Made by a program: the position numbers and the translations under genes. Of a stretch of DNA of 64,000 nucleotides, positions 63,226-64,000 are shown in pieces. The notes under the pieces were generated by a model. It was not told where the DNA came from. It saw only the letters and a program-made list of their open reading frames with translations, and made no database searches. This DNA is from Mobula hypostoma (Eukaryota): positions 103,232,001 to 103,296,000 of the forward strand of contig NC_086108.1 of NCBI RefSeq assembly GCF_963921235.1, read 5' to 3'. Numbering within the stretch: the first letter of the stretch is position 1; the number at the start of each line of letters is the position of its first letter.

Positions 63226-63402
63226 TTTTTTTTTTCTGAAGATCTAGATCTTTAAACTTCAAGAACTTTTATGCGCAAAGGATCTGCCACATTTCCCGTA
63301 CCATTACAGTTCCATAAATTGCACTTAGACATCCGAAAGACAAGATAACTGGTTCATGCTGCACGTTTTCCTCTCTGACGTCACGTTGCATTTCTCACAC
63401 AG

Positions 63403-63575
63403 GTGGGCCTGGCAGTGGCAAGGGTACCCAGAGCCTGAAAGTTGCCCAGCAGTACGGATTTGAGTACATTTCAGTGGGAGAGCTCCTCAGAAAGAAAATG
63501 ATCCACAATGCAACCTGTAACAGGAAGTGGAGACTGATAGCTAAAATTATCACCAACGGGGAACTGGCACCTCAG
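63403..63575 (+). CDS. AK5: AK5 exon 4: GGPGSGKGTQSLKVAQQYGFEYISVGELLRKKMIHNATCNRKWRLIAKIITNGELAPQ; gene continues beyond the right edge
   Basis: cacacag acceptor, 173 nt, CAG|GTATA donor. Adenylate kinase P-loop GGPGSGKGTQ and SVGELLR motif. Confidence 0.97.
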
Positions 63576-64000
63576 GTATAAACCTAAATCTGAACACTTA
63601 TAATTGCATTCTAGCTTCTGTGTCAAATGACCAATTATCTTGGAGCACAGAGATTGTTAAATGCTGTGCAAGGATTGTCTTCCTTACAGTTTCACAAAAA
63701 TAGACAACACTAGCAAGGCTGGAATTTATTATCTATGCCTAATTGCCTCCTGATGTGAATGACTTGATAAGCGGTTTCAAAAAGCCAGCTAAGAGTCAGC
63801 CACGTTGCAGGATCTGAGTCATGCACGGGGCAGAACTGGGAAATGGTGAAAGGTTTCCTTCTGCGAAGCATGTGAGTGAGCCAAGCATGAGTGTGTCACG
63901 GGAGCACAGCGTTCAGCACGACACGGTTACAGCTTGGGGCCTCCGAGTTCAGTTCCGGCTCTGTCTGTAAGAAGTTTGGACGTCCTGCCCAGAAGCGTGA

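Overview
Vertebrate genomic DNA, dense in repeats. The repeat repertoire (CR1, Rex1/Babar, Penelope termini, tRNA-SINEs) suggests a cartilaginous fish, probably a ray (inference). Two spliced protein-coding genes lie head-to-head. PIGK (GPI transamidase catalytic subunit) is on the minus strand: coding exons 1-5, ATG at 20517, running off the left edge. AK5 (adenylate kinase 5) is on the plus strand: coding exons 1-4, ATG at 45429, running off the right edge. All nine exons have GT-AG boundaries and join in frame. Most other sequence is transposon-derived: CR1, Rex1/Babar, RTE, two RLE-type non-LTR clades, Penelope, Gypsy, a solo LTR, a TRIM-like mini LTR element, Tc1 elements, hAT MITEs and SINEs, often nested. 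I found no convincing new protein-coding system. The best leads are minimal hammerhead-ribozyme motifs in the Penelope termini (one beside the PIGK promoter), the TRIM-like element, a TE abutting an AK5 splice acceptor, and repeat-free candidate enhancer islands in PIGK introns. Repeat boundaries are approximate unless a TSD is quoted, and family names come from recognising motifs, not from database searches.
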